A stretch of 63,284 nt of DNA, counting the filler, from Octopus bimaculoides (lineage: Eukaryota), in assembly GCF_001194135.2 (NCBI RefSeq). It is 9 parts of 9 records of this genome, joined end to end, with 100 filler letters (N's around TTAATTAATTAA, not from the genome) between each part and the next. Parts side by side here need not be neighbours in the genome. Positions count along the whole stretch, not along the records: positions 51,870 to 59,472 come from NC_069009.1; positions 59,573 to 62,028 come from NC_068985.1; positions 62,129 to 63,284 come from NW_026326686.1; 6 more parts are not named here. The stretch is one strand, 5' to 3'. The stretch's first letter is position 1. Each line of letters starts with the position of its first letter. The notes beneath the pieces are model-generated. The model saw only the letters and a program-made list of their open reading frames with translations. It ran no database searches and was not told where the DNA came from. Positions 51,916 to 63,284 of this stretch are shown piece by piece. Position numbers and translations under genes: made by a program.

Positions 51916-52656
51916 GATATAGATATATACATATATATGTATATGTATACATTGATCTTATATGATGGCTTTCTTTCAATTTCCGTCAACCAGATGCACT
52001 CACATCTTTGGAATATCATAGCTATGAGATAATGCATGATCAATTCAATGTGTATAAAATAAGTATTACATTTGATAGGGATAACCTGAATACTAAAGGG
52101 TCAATTCAGCGAAGGGGGTATACTGAGGGAAAAATAAACAAAAGAAAAAAACTACAACTACAACAACCACCACACAACAACTTCACCTTTGCTACCACCG
52201 CTACCACCACCGTCCTAATAATAATACTTCTAATTTTAACCAAATTCCTAAATTCATTAGATAAGCAGTATGATAGTACCCACCCCCACCCCCACCACTA
52301 CCACTACGACTGCTACTACCATCATCCCCACCACCATATGGTCTGTACATAGTCAGTTGCCCAAGATGAAATAGCAGCCAGAATTCTCTTCAAGCCACAC
52401 TTTACTGAAATAAACAACATCCTGGTATTGCAGCATCTTCAATGTTATCAGATAAAGAATTAAACTGTAAGCTTTGTGTAATACGCCCACATATACACAC
52501 TCACCCATCCACCAGGACCCAAATTATCAGTGGCACCAATAAAATCAGTGCTCAAAACCACCACTACTATAACAACCACTATCACAATCAGCTCACTATT
52601 TCTCAAAGATTTTATCTTTACCTAAACTGAAGCAACTAAAATTAATAATAATAATC

Positions 52657-52703
<47 letters not shown>

Positions 52704-53594
52704 CCTTTCTACTAAAGGCACAAGGCCTGAAATTTGCGGGGAGAGGGCTAGTCGATTACATGGAGCCCAGTGTTTCACTGGTACTTAATTTAAGAACCCT
52801 GAAAGGCTGAAAGGCAAAGTTGACCTCAGTGAAATTTGANNNNNNNNNNNNNNNNNNNNNNNNNNNNNNNNNNNNNNNNNNNNNNNNNNNNNNNNNNNNN
52901 NNNNNNNNNNNNNNNNNNNNNNNNNNNNNNNNNNNNNNNNNNNNNNNNNNNNNNNNNNNNNNNNNNNNNNNNNNNNNNNNNNNNNNNNNNNNNNNNNNNN
53001 NNNNNNNNNNNNNNNNNNNNNNNNNNNNNNNNNNNNNNNNNNNNNNNNNNNNNNNNNNNNNNNNNNNNNNNNNNNNNNNNNNNNNNNNNNNNNNNNNNNN
53101 NNNNNNNNNNNNNNNNNNNNNNNNNNNNNNNNNNNNNNNNNNNNNNNNNNNNNNNNNNNNNNNNNNNNNNNNNNNNNNNNNNNNNNNNNNNNNNNNNNNN
53201 NNNNNNNNNNNNNNNNNNNNNNNNNNNNNNNNNNNNNNNNNNNNNNNNNNNNNNNNNNNNNNNNNNNNNNNNNNNNNNNNNNNNNNNNNNNNNNNNNNNN
53301 NNNNNNNNNNNNNNNNNNNNNNNNNNNNNNNNNNNNNNNNNNNNNNNNNNNNNNNNNNNNNNNNNNNNNNNNNNNNNNNNNNNNNNNNNNNNNNNNNNNN
53401 NNNNNNNNNNNNNNNNNNNNNNNNNNNNNNNNNNNNNNNNNNNNNNNNNNNNNNNNNNNNNNNNNNNNNNNNNNNNNNNNNNNNNNNNNNNNNNNNNNNN
53501 NNNNNNNNNNNNNNNNNNNNNNNNNNNNNNNNNNNNNNNNNNNNNNNNNNNNNNNNNNNNNNNNNNNNNNNNNNNNNNNNNNNNNNNNNNNNNN

Positions 53595-53625
<31 letters not shown>

Positions 53626-53754
53626 CTGAGAGAGAGTGAGTCTGATGATGGTTTAACTGACTGAAACTTCAAGGCACTGTTCCCACCTGACTAAAACTTT
53701 TAAAAACTGGGCATCTGCAAGTATATGAGAGGATCTCAAATTGACAACTCATAA

Positions 53755-53793
<39 letters not shown>

Positions 53794-54093
53794 ACGAATC
53801 TTGAGACCTATGCAGTAGTTACATCCTTACATCTTCATTTCATATCACATTTGTTGAATAATTTTCTCCCTTAATCCCTTCCATTCTGTACGATATCATT
53901 GTTATGTCCCCATTTCAACCCTTTGTATGCAATAAAAAGACAAATTCAATTATTAACCAACTGAATATCAATAAAATATAATACCAATCGATTTCTAGAG
54001 ACAATATAATCATTAGTCCCCTTCCCTCAAATTTCTGTCCTTGTTCCTACATAAGATATTATTATTATTATTATTACTGTTGTTGTTGTTGTA

Positions 54094-54128
<35 letters not shown>

Positions 54129-54161
54129 CAATTGTTTCTTTTCTTTCCAATCTTCTTACAG

Positions 54162-54318
54162 ACCTATTCAGGTCTCTTCTGTGTGGCTATCAACCCCTAC
54201 AGACGTCTCCCCATTTATGGTCAAAACCTTGTTGACAAGTACAGGGGCAAAAGGAAAGCTGAAATGCCTCCCCATTTGTTCTCCGTTGCTGACAATGCCT
54301 ACCAGTACATGTTGCAAG
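54162..54318 (+). CDS. Mhc: Muscle myosin II heavy chain, motor-domain exon (157 nt)
   Basis: tcttcttacag|ACC TAT TCA ... ATG TTG CAA G|gtaagt gives [52 protein letters not shown], a myosin head sequence typical of mollusc/squid striated muscle MHC, with canonical intron positions. Confidence 0.97.
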
Positions 54319-55360
54319 GTAAGTTATGCCACTTTTGCTTTTCTCATGAATTTGAGTTTTTATTTTGTCCAAGCCTCTGATTCACAAAGTGAATGTGAAT
54401 TTACAATGAAAAATACATGACAATCTGTCTGCTTATTTTGAACAAAACAACAACAGTATTTGAACAAGTTGTTCATCATTTGGCAGGCATACACCTTATT
54501 GATTATTTTTCAGAGAGACTGCCCACGTTGCTCAGTTAAATTTGATGCTATCAATGTTTTACTGATATAAGCTAACACTTATCTCCACAAGTATCTCACT
54601 TGTTTCACATGTAATTTGTAAGCCATTCAGATGTCCTGATCAGGTACAGATATTCTACATCTAATATAGAGAAATGAAGTATTATATTTCAACTTGATCT
54701 TCATGACAAGAATTACCCCACAAGACCTAGCATTGAACATGTCTTACATATATGATAAACTACGCACTTGTACCATATATATGAATGGCACAGGTGTGGT
54801 TGTGTAGTAAAAGGTTTGCTTCTTAACCACATGGTTCCACATTCAGCCCCACCGTGTGGCACCTTGGGCAAGTGTCTTCTGCTGTTGCCTTGGGCCAACC
54901 AAAGCCTTGTGATTGGATTTGGTAGATAGAATCTAAAAGAAGCCAATTGTACATACATACATACATACATACATACATGCATGCATAGATAGATAGATAG
55001 GTAGATAGATAGATAGGTAGATAGATAGATAGATAGATAGATACCTTATACATTTTTACCAATCTCTTATATTGTTATTAATGTTCCTTTCTAGCAATAG
55101 TTACTCTTGTGGCAACAGTAAAGAAATTATAATTCAGCTCAGTTGAGTTGAGTTCAAATTCCAACGAAGTCAACCTAGCAATACAACTCTCTGGAATTGA
55201 TAAAATAAAGTACCAGTCAGGTACTTGGATAGATCAAATCAAATCTTCACCTGAAAATTTGTGTCCTTGTCCCTAACATAAAAATATTATCGTGTTTTCA
55301 TAACATATGGTCATTCTAAGCAATCTTATGAATTTTCTTTTTCTTCTTTTCTACTCACAG

Positions 55361-55388
55361 ATCGTGAAAACCAGTCCATGTTGATCAC
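55361..55388 (+). CDS. Mhc: Muscle myosin II heavy chain, 28-nt exon preceding the P-loop
   Basis: ttctactcacag|ATCGTGAAAACCAGTCCATGTTGATCAC|gtgagt gives (D)RENQSMLI(T), in phase with exon 54162-54318. The next exon (GESGAGKT) was not found in the visible sequence. Confidence 0.95.
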
Positions 55389-56725
55389 GTGAGTATTCCC
55401 TCTTTGATAACATTACCATTCTCAGACAGAACATTGCATGTTCAATCCACAGGCTTTTATGAAAATCAAATATCCTTCCGCATTTCTGTAAAGTTGGTTT
55501 CAAAGCTATCATTGTAATATTTTTGGCTGCTGCATAGAAGCTACCCCATTGCCAGTGTGGTAACTATACAGAACATCCCTCACCGGTTCATGAAGTCCTT
55601 ATTTTACAAACATTAACATATTTGATAATAAGGATCTTTGGCTATTACATGTAGCAAAGTCAACTGACTACATGAGGAGCTTCTCACTGGATCATGTGGT
55701 CTCTATCTTACATACTTCAGGGAGTTTATTGTGCGAGTTCTTCTTCAAAAATGGTCCAAATATGATTGAACTTTCAAATTACACATAGCTTAATTGATTT
55801 CTGTGTGTGAGAGGCCACCATCTGCATGAAGAAACTCAGTGTTAATATAGTTAATATAATAAGCCAGGAAAGTAAGTCAGTATCTTAGAACTGATTCAAC
55901 TATTTGTGCTTTGATACAGAAGTCAAGTACTGCATTTTCTATTATTCTTTATCAATTCAAATAATGAGGTTTTCCCCCATGAATTAATCATTAAGCTTTT
56001 AGCTTACTTTTTATCCTTGTTACTGGTGTAGTTTTCTAAATTAGAATTTCTTGGCTCGATACATTAATTATGTCATCACTCATTTAATTATGTTATTACA
56101 CATAACTCAACATTATGGATTTGCGGATGGGTAGTTTGCTGAGAAGTGGCAGCCAATCAGCTTTCTTCTTTTATAATGACCTCTTCTTGTTACAGGTGAC
56201 ATGAGACAAGGGGGAAATGGTATGGTGGTGAGTGACATAATCGGCAGAGTGTCACATCAGACACAAGAACAATGTGCTCTGTTCATTTATGTCCCTTGAA
56301 ATCTCAACATGTGTTGTTTGAGATTAAAGGGCCAGTGACAATGTTAGAAAATGATGGATTTGCAGAATCATTAGAGCATCCATCAAAATGCCTTGTGGTA
56401 TTTATTTTGGGTCTTTGCATCCTCCTGAAGTCAACTTTGCCTTTTATCCTCCCAGGGTTGATGAAATAAATATCAATCAAATATCATCTGCAACTGAATC
56501 GACTAACCCATTCCAATACATATGCAAAATAATTTTCTGGGCCTATAATTGTACTTATAAGAATTCCTGGGATTGACAAAATAAAGTACAATGTACTGGG
56601 ATGGATAGAATAAAATAATTCCATACCTAAAAATTATTATTATTATCTTGTTTAACACAGCAACTCTGCTGGGGAATGTAACAAAGTGTCACCTGTCCAC
56701 AACCAGTGGACTAGAGTAACATGCT

Positions 56726-57247
56726 TCATTCATATTTCAAGAACTCTGCAGGGAATTCCAACAGTTTCAAGCAACACAACACTGTTTTCTGTAGATGCTC
56801 CCTCTTTACATATACCCCTATCTTTTCAATCCAGTATCCAGAGGGGGCAGTATAATTGACTTCCTTGGCTTTTACCTTCCTAGTGGTCATTTCAAAAAAA
56901 GTAAACTCTGCCGATTTATGCACTAGAGAGAAGGGGATCAATGATTCAATCAATAAAATGCCCTTCTCCTCAACTCTTTGTACATCACTACTACCCACCC
57001 CAAAAAACTGCTTATGGTAGTCTATGTTGTTACAGGTGTTCAGCTGAAAATGTGTCTTTTCCAGTGCAATGCATGCTAGGAATGCAGCATTGTTACATAG
57101 CTGCATTGCTGAGTTGTTGCATATGTTAGCTATCACATGATTGCTTTGGGCTGAAGCAGAAGAAGCAGCAGGTAAAGAAAAAAGAAGCAAAAAAAGAGAA
57201 CAAATAAAAATAAAATATAATGAAACAATGGTTATGTGATGCTGCAT
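56726..57247 (-). CDS. Candidate small secreted Cys-containing protein, antisense to the presumed myosin intron (173 aa from the ATG at 57247; the open frame extends to 57466)
   Basis: Stop-free frame of 246 codons in non-repetitive AT-rich DNA. MQHHITIVSLYFIFICSLFLLLFSLPAASSA resembles a signal peptide and is followed by C-x7-C-x7-C-x12-C and a distal CC. No family recognised. Confidence 0.3.
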   Translation of the reverse strand: MQHHITIVSLYFIFICSLFLLLFSLPAASSASAQSNHVIANICNNSAMQLCNNAAFLACIALEKTHFQLNTCNNIDYHKQFFGVGSSDVQRVEEKGILLIESLIPFSLVHKSAEFTFFEMTTRKVKAKEVNYTAPSGYWIEKIGVYVKREHLQKTVLCCLKLLEFPAEFLKYE

Positions 57248-57902
57248 GTTGCAGTCTGCAAAAAATATTGGACAAGCTTGATCAGTGAGCAATGTGTTTT
57301 TCAGATGTTGCAAATGGCTATGATTGGGGTTATGGAATGAAGACAGGGAGAAGAAGCCTTTACGGCCAGGCACACACACACGAATACACTTACAAACCAG
57401 GCATGTGAAAGCATGAATTGAATGATGGAATGAACCATCAAACACTTGAATGAAATATGTATCCATGAATATACATACCTACATTTATATACATATATGT
57501 ATATATATATATATATATATNNNNNNNNNNNNNNNNNNNNNNNNNNNNNNNNNNNNNNNNNNNNNNNNNNNNNNNNNNNNNNNNNNNNNNNNNNNNNNNN
57601 NNNNNNNNNNNNNNNNNNNNNNNNNNNNNNNNNNNNNNNNNNNNNNNNNNNNNNNNNNNNNNNNNNNNNNNNNNNNNNNNNNNNNNNNNNNNNNNNNNNN
57701 NNNNNNNNNNNNNNNNNNNNNNNNNNNNNNNNNNNNNNNNNNNNNNNNNNNNNNNNNNNNNNNNNNNNNNNNNNNNNNNNNNNNNNNNNNNNNNNNNNNN
57801 NNNNNNNNNNNNNNNNNNNNNNNNNNNNNNNNNNNNNNNNNNNNNNNNNNNNNNNNNNNNNNNNNNNNNNNNNNNNNNNNNNNNNNNNNNNNNNNNNNNN
57901 NN

Positions 57903-57954
<52 letters not shown>

Positions 57955-59435
57955 TACACACACACACATATGTATACATATATCATATACACAAATATAT
58001 ATAGATATGTATACATATGTTTACATATACATATATTTACATATATGTAAGCGTATATATGTATATATATCTTGACACCTCCAAGTGACACTTATCAGTA
58101 AACATCTTATGCTTTAAGTCATGCATGTCATGAAGCATGCTGTATAGCTACGTTATACATACATGCCACGTGCTTGAGTGTAGAAACACAACATCCAAAA
58201 GCATCGTCTTGTTGATATATATATATTTCAGTTTGAGTTTGTATTGCCAGCCCCCATTAAATGTTGTTGTGTATATATTCCGTTCTAATACTACATTAGT
58301 TAATATTCTTAGTACAGTAGTTAGTATTAATGGCTGTAATTGTTGTTGTTGTTTAACCCCAGGTCAGTCCTGATCCAGTAGACCTATGATCAATGATGTT
58401 CCAGCTGTGATCATCTCATCTTTTATTCAGACATAGTTTATGAAGGATTATCAAATGTATTATTGTGGCTGTGTGGTAAGAAGCTTGCTTCCCAACCACA
58501 TGACTCAGGGTTCAGTCCCACCATGAGGCACCTTGGGCAAGTGTCTTTTTCTATAACCTCAGGCTGACCAAAACCTTGCAAGTAGATTTGGTAGACAAAC
58601 TGAATGTAGCCCTTTGTGTGTGTGTGTATACACACACACACACACACACACACATACACATATGTAATATCTATGTGTGTGTGTCTTTGCATCTGTGTTT
58701 GTGTTCTACCACCACTTAACCAGTGTTGATGTGTTTATGTCCCCGTAAACTTAGCAGTTCAGCAAAAGAGACTTGATAAGGATAAGTACTAGGCTTAAAA
58801 ATATATGCCCTGGTGTCAATTTGTTTGACTAAAACCCTTCAAGGTAGTGCCCCAGCATGGCCACAGTCAAATGACAGAAATAAATAGAAGATAAAAGATA
58901 AGTGACTACAATAGTTATTTAGCCCCAGGTCAGTTCTGACCCAGCAGGCCCATAATTAACGATGTTCCAGCTATGGCCATCCCCTCTTTCATTCAGAATC
59001 AGTGTGTCTAGGAATACTTTATCTAATCAATGATTTCCAGTAGCAGAGGTTGCAATCGAAGATATTTTGCTAAAATGTCTTGCAGTAAATTCAGGTCCAG
59101 AAATGAACCATTAGAATACAAAGCAATCCTCTCAAACACAGAACCAGCTATGTGTTAAACAATGCTTAGAGGCAAAACAAAGGGGCCAACTATATGCATG
59201 GCTATGGTTCTTGTATTCCTCATTTAAATCTAGGCTTGTCTGTCAATATCTAAATGATAAGATAAATGTCACTTGTTATCCTTTCATTTCATTGTAGTTT
59301 CTTCCCTCATGTTAAATATGTTTTTATGTTATATTACTCCTCTTTTTATCTCACTTGTCTATGTATGTATCTGTTCCTCTAGTTGAATGTGTGTGTGCTA
59401 ATATATATCATATATTTTTATACACATATATACAT

Positions 59436-59472
<37 letters not shown>

Positions 59473-60678
59473 NNNNNNNNNNNNNNNNNNNNNNNNNNNN
59501 NNNNNNNNNNNNNNNNTTAATTAATTAANNNNNNNNNNNNNNNNNNNNNNNNNNNNNNNNNNNNNNNNNNNNTGTGTGTGTGTGTGTTTCTCTCCTTAAT
59601 TCTTTTTGTGTTGCTTTCAGTTGATGAGCGTCGCTCGAAATGTCAAAGACTTTCTCTAATCCCGAGCGTTAAACTAATACATCCATTTGTTGTTTACACC
59701 ACCTGTCTTCGTCTGTTGTTTTTTTCGTAAATTCTCGCATATATATATATACATTTACAGGTAGTTGATATAATTACCTGTAAATACATTACTGGCAGTT
59801 TATTGCTCTTTTAGCGTGCTTCCTTTTCGGATATATGATCCACTGACAAAATTGTGTATTAGGTCCTTTCGAAAACCACTTGACAAATGGTGGTCACTTG
59901 TTTATGTCCCTGTAACTTAACAGCTCGACAAAAAAGACTCGACAGATTAAGTACCAGAAATAACGTATATATTGGAGTTCATCTAATAAAATCATTTACG
60001 GTTTGAGCTCTCGTACCCGAAGAGAAATGACTGAAACAAAAGCATATGGTTGTGTGTGTGTATGTGTGTGTATTTAGAGAGAAATGGACGAATTAGTGAT
60101 ACTAAATGATGAAAATCAACAATATGACAAAGAAAAAAAAATCAACGCGGTAGAGTCTCATATATGTAATATAATGAGTTGAAAAACTTCCACGCACACA
60201 CAGGCACACACTCGCATGCACATNNNNNNNNNNNNNNNNNNNNNNNNNNNNNNNNNNNNNNNNNNNNNNNNNNNNNNNNNNNNNNNNNNNNNNNNNNNNN
60301 NNNNNNNNNNNNNNNNNNNNNNNNNNNNNNNNNNNNNNNNNNNNNNNNNNNNNNNNNNNNNNNNNNNNNNNNNNNNNNNNNNNNNNNNNNNNNNNNNNNN
60401 NNNNNNNNNNNNNNNNNNNNNNNNNNNNNNNNNNNNNNNNNNNNNNNNNNNNNNNNNNNNNNNNNNNNNNNNNNNNNNNNNNNNNNNNNNNNNNNNNNNN
60501 NNNNNNNNNNNNNNNNNNNNNNNNNNNNNNNNNNNNNNNNNNNNNNNNNNNNNNNNNNNNNNNNNNNNNNNNNNNNNNNNNNNNNNNNNNNNNNNNNNNN
60601 NNNNNNNNNNNNNNNNNNNNNATGTGTCTGGTTGGGGGAGGGCAGTATGCAACTAGTTACTTCATAGGAGCAGATATT

Positions 60679-60728
<50 letters not shown>

Positions 60729-61431
60729 TTCTCTTGCCGCTGTTACAATTATTTTGTCCTTACTAACTCAGCCCGAATTAAGCATTTCAATCTATGATCA
60801 TCCCGTCTTTTATCAACGAGTCTCAGTATAACAACCGGGACTACACAGTTCCATATGTCCTTTAAGACAGTGGGTGTAATGTGAGCGACATTTAGCTACT
60901 GTTTCTAGCAGATCGAGCAATCTCACAGCAGTTCGCCCGTAGACAGCAGAGGTAATAGTAGCAGTATAAGTGGTAAATATAGTGGAAGAGGCAGGGGCTT
61001 GTATGAGATTGAGTGAACAGTAGCAGAAGTGTGTGGCGACAGTAGGAGTGATAGCGATCGTGAAAGTAGCAGTAGGAGTAGGAATGATAGTTGTGGTGGC
61101 ATTGAGATGTGTCAGTGTTATGAAGATAGTAGCGGCAGTTCAATGTTACGAAACAGTTAGTATGAGGAATAGTGGGAGTAGATATAGTAGAGGGGAAGTT
61201 GTAGTAGTAGGAGTGAGTAGCGGTAACAGAAATGCCACTAAAATACATCTCCCTTTCTCTTTGTTTTGTGTCAGTGTGGTAAAAGAACCTTGCTTCCTAA
61301 CCATGTGGTCTTCGTTTCGATCCTACTGCGCGGTTCGTACTTTGGGCGGGTGTTATCTGCAATAGCCCCGGGCCGACCAAAGTATTGGAAGCTGATTTAG
61401 TAGACGGAAACTGAAAGAAGCCCGTTGCACC

Positions 61432-61645
61432 AGCGATCCCGTCTGGAATGAGGAGCATATATTGCCATAGCATGAGATTCAAGGGCCCACAGCTATTTAA
61501 CACCTTACCAAAACATCTGAGGGGTCTTCATGGAGTAGAGGTAGATATTTTCAAGAAACAATTTAACCTCTGCTATCCAAGGTCCCAGATGAACTTCTAT
61601 CAAGGCAGGAGACTCAAAAGAGGGCAGCAAAAGTCATTCACATAA
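61432..61645 (+). mobile_element. LINE (CR1/L2-group-like) ORF2 C-terminal fragment embedded between SINE parts
   Basis: HSMRFKGPQLFNTLPKHLRGLHGVEVDIFKKQ resembles the ...GPxLFNxLPxxIR...FKxxLD tail of CR1/L2-group LINEs. Confidence 0.6.
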
Positions 61646-62375
61646 GATTGGCCATTGAAAATGTGATTACACTGGCGGTGCTCCAGCATGGCTACAGCCT
61701 TAGGGCTGACATATATAAAAGAATACAAGAATACACACACACATATATAGGGATAGAGAGAGAGTGAGAAAGAGAGAGATCGTGGCACACTGTCGGTTAT
61801 GACGACGTGGATTCCAGTTGATCCGATCAACGGAACAGCCTGCTCGTGAAATTAACGTGTAGCTGGCTGAGCACTCCACAGACACGTGTACCCTTAACGT
61901 AGTTCTCGGGGAGATTCGGCGTGACACAGAGTGTGACAAGGCTAGCCCTTTGAAATACAGGTACAACAGAGACAGGAAGAAAGAGTGAGAGAAACTTGTG
62001 GTGAAAGAATACAGCAGTATTCGCCACCNNNNNNNNNNNNNNNNNNNNNNNNNNNNNNNNNNNNNNNNNNNNTTAATTAATTAANNNNNNNNNNNNNNNN
62101 NNNNNNNNNNNNNNNNNNNNNNNNNNNNTATGTTATATATATTATATATTACATATATTACATATATATATTATATATATTATATATTTTTTATATATAT
62201 ATAATATATAATATTATATTATATATATATATATACAATATATATATAATATTATATATATATATATAATAATAATATTATGTATATATTATATAATATA
62301 TATATATATTATATAATATATGTATATATTATATATATTATATATATAATATATAAAATATGTGTATATAATATA

Positions 62376-62455
<80 letters not shown>

Positions 62456-63284
62456 TATATACATGTTGCGTTTAATCATACATACACACATATATATGTA
62501 CTTATGTATCACCAAACGAGATTGGAATTTTTGTTTTGTTGGATATTATTTATTCACCATAATACATGTGTTTGTAGAATAAACACATGAGACATCTATT
62601 AGAAATTCAACAGTGAATCAATCTTCCAGATTCATAAGTAATAACTCAACAAACACCATTTACCAGGATTTTTCAGCTGTTACACATACCTCACGCAAAT
62701 ATATCATCTACGTACAATTTTGGGTGACTGGAATATGCAGATATGCTTCATGAGGATACAGCTTGGATAATAAGACTATCTACATTCTATATATATCATA
62801 TGACATTATATTACATGTACTGCCACGATTTTAATTCAGTATTTATCATAGCTGTCCGACGAACGGGAACGTGAAACTCTGGGTAACAGTCTTTGATTAT
62901 TTTGCAGCTTTAATAAAAAGGTTATTACTCTACCTTTGGTATTCGAGCACTATTTTCTCCACTTTGTTTTGCACTTATGTACACATCTGTGTCTTATACT
63001 TACATATATACATACATGCATACATGCATACATACATACATACATGCATACATGCATACATACATACATACATATATAATACATACATACATATATATAT
63101 ATAACAATAATTTTAGGGATAAAAATCCAAATTTACCGGTAAAAATTTGGTTCTTTTCTCTAAAATTATATATATATATATATATATACTTGCTGGGTCA
63201 CCACCTTGAAGCAATTTTCAAAAGCACTTATTCTATCGGTATCCCTTGACAAACCGCCAGATTACGGAGGCGTAAACAAACCAA

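Noticed and set aside
59753-59785. 14-bp hairpin (atttacaggtagtt / aattacctgtaaat)
   Set aside because: It is too short for a pre-miRNA and sits in repeat-derived AT-rich sequence.

Overview
Repeat-dominated animal genomic DNA, most likely a coleoid cephalopod such as Octopus. This is inferred from the squid-like muscle myosin exons, the SINE/RTE/Penelope content and the extreme microsatellite density. The window is a mosaic of nine small scaffolds joined by eight artificial 100-nt spacers (44 N + TTAATTAATTAA + 44 N), so linkage, order and orientation across the joins are unreliable. Fragments of three host genes are recognisable, each on a different scaffold: (1) a plus-strand terminal exon with a long P/Q/H-rich tract ending in ...YSYIPKLTHL*, the Hox3-type C-terminus, with no homeobox visible because the exon starts at a join (21486-22041); (2) three consecutive minus-strand anoctamin/TMEM16 exons that keep the TM6/TM7 Ca2+-binding residues (50318-50372, 47113-47142 plus gap, 45400-45524), which the ORF track largely misses; (3) two plus-strand exons of a muscle myosin II heavy chain motor domain (54162-54318, 55361-55388). 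An unexplained 246-codon antisense ORF with a signal-peptide-like segment lies downstream of the myosin exons. The rest is mobile DNA: RTE, R4/Dong and other LINE remnants, several Penelope-like fragments, two mariner elements, at least four tRNA-derived SINE families, a ~620-bp foldback element, and a composite element made of a head-to-head tRNA-like palindrome followed by a minimal hammerhead ribozyme. Most ORFs in the supplied track are microsatellite or N-gap artefacts. All family assignments come from motifs recalled by eye; no database search was run.
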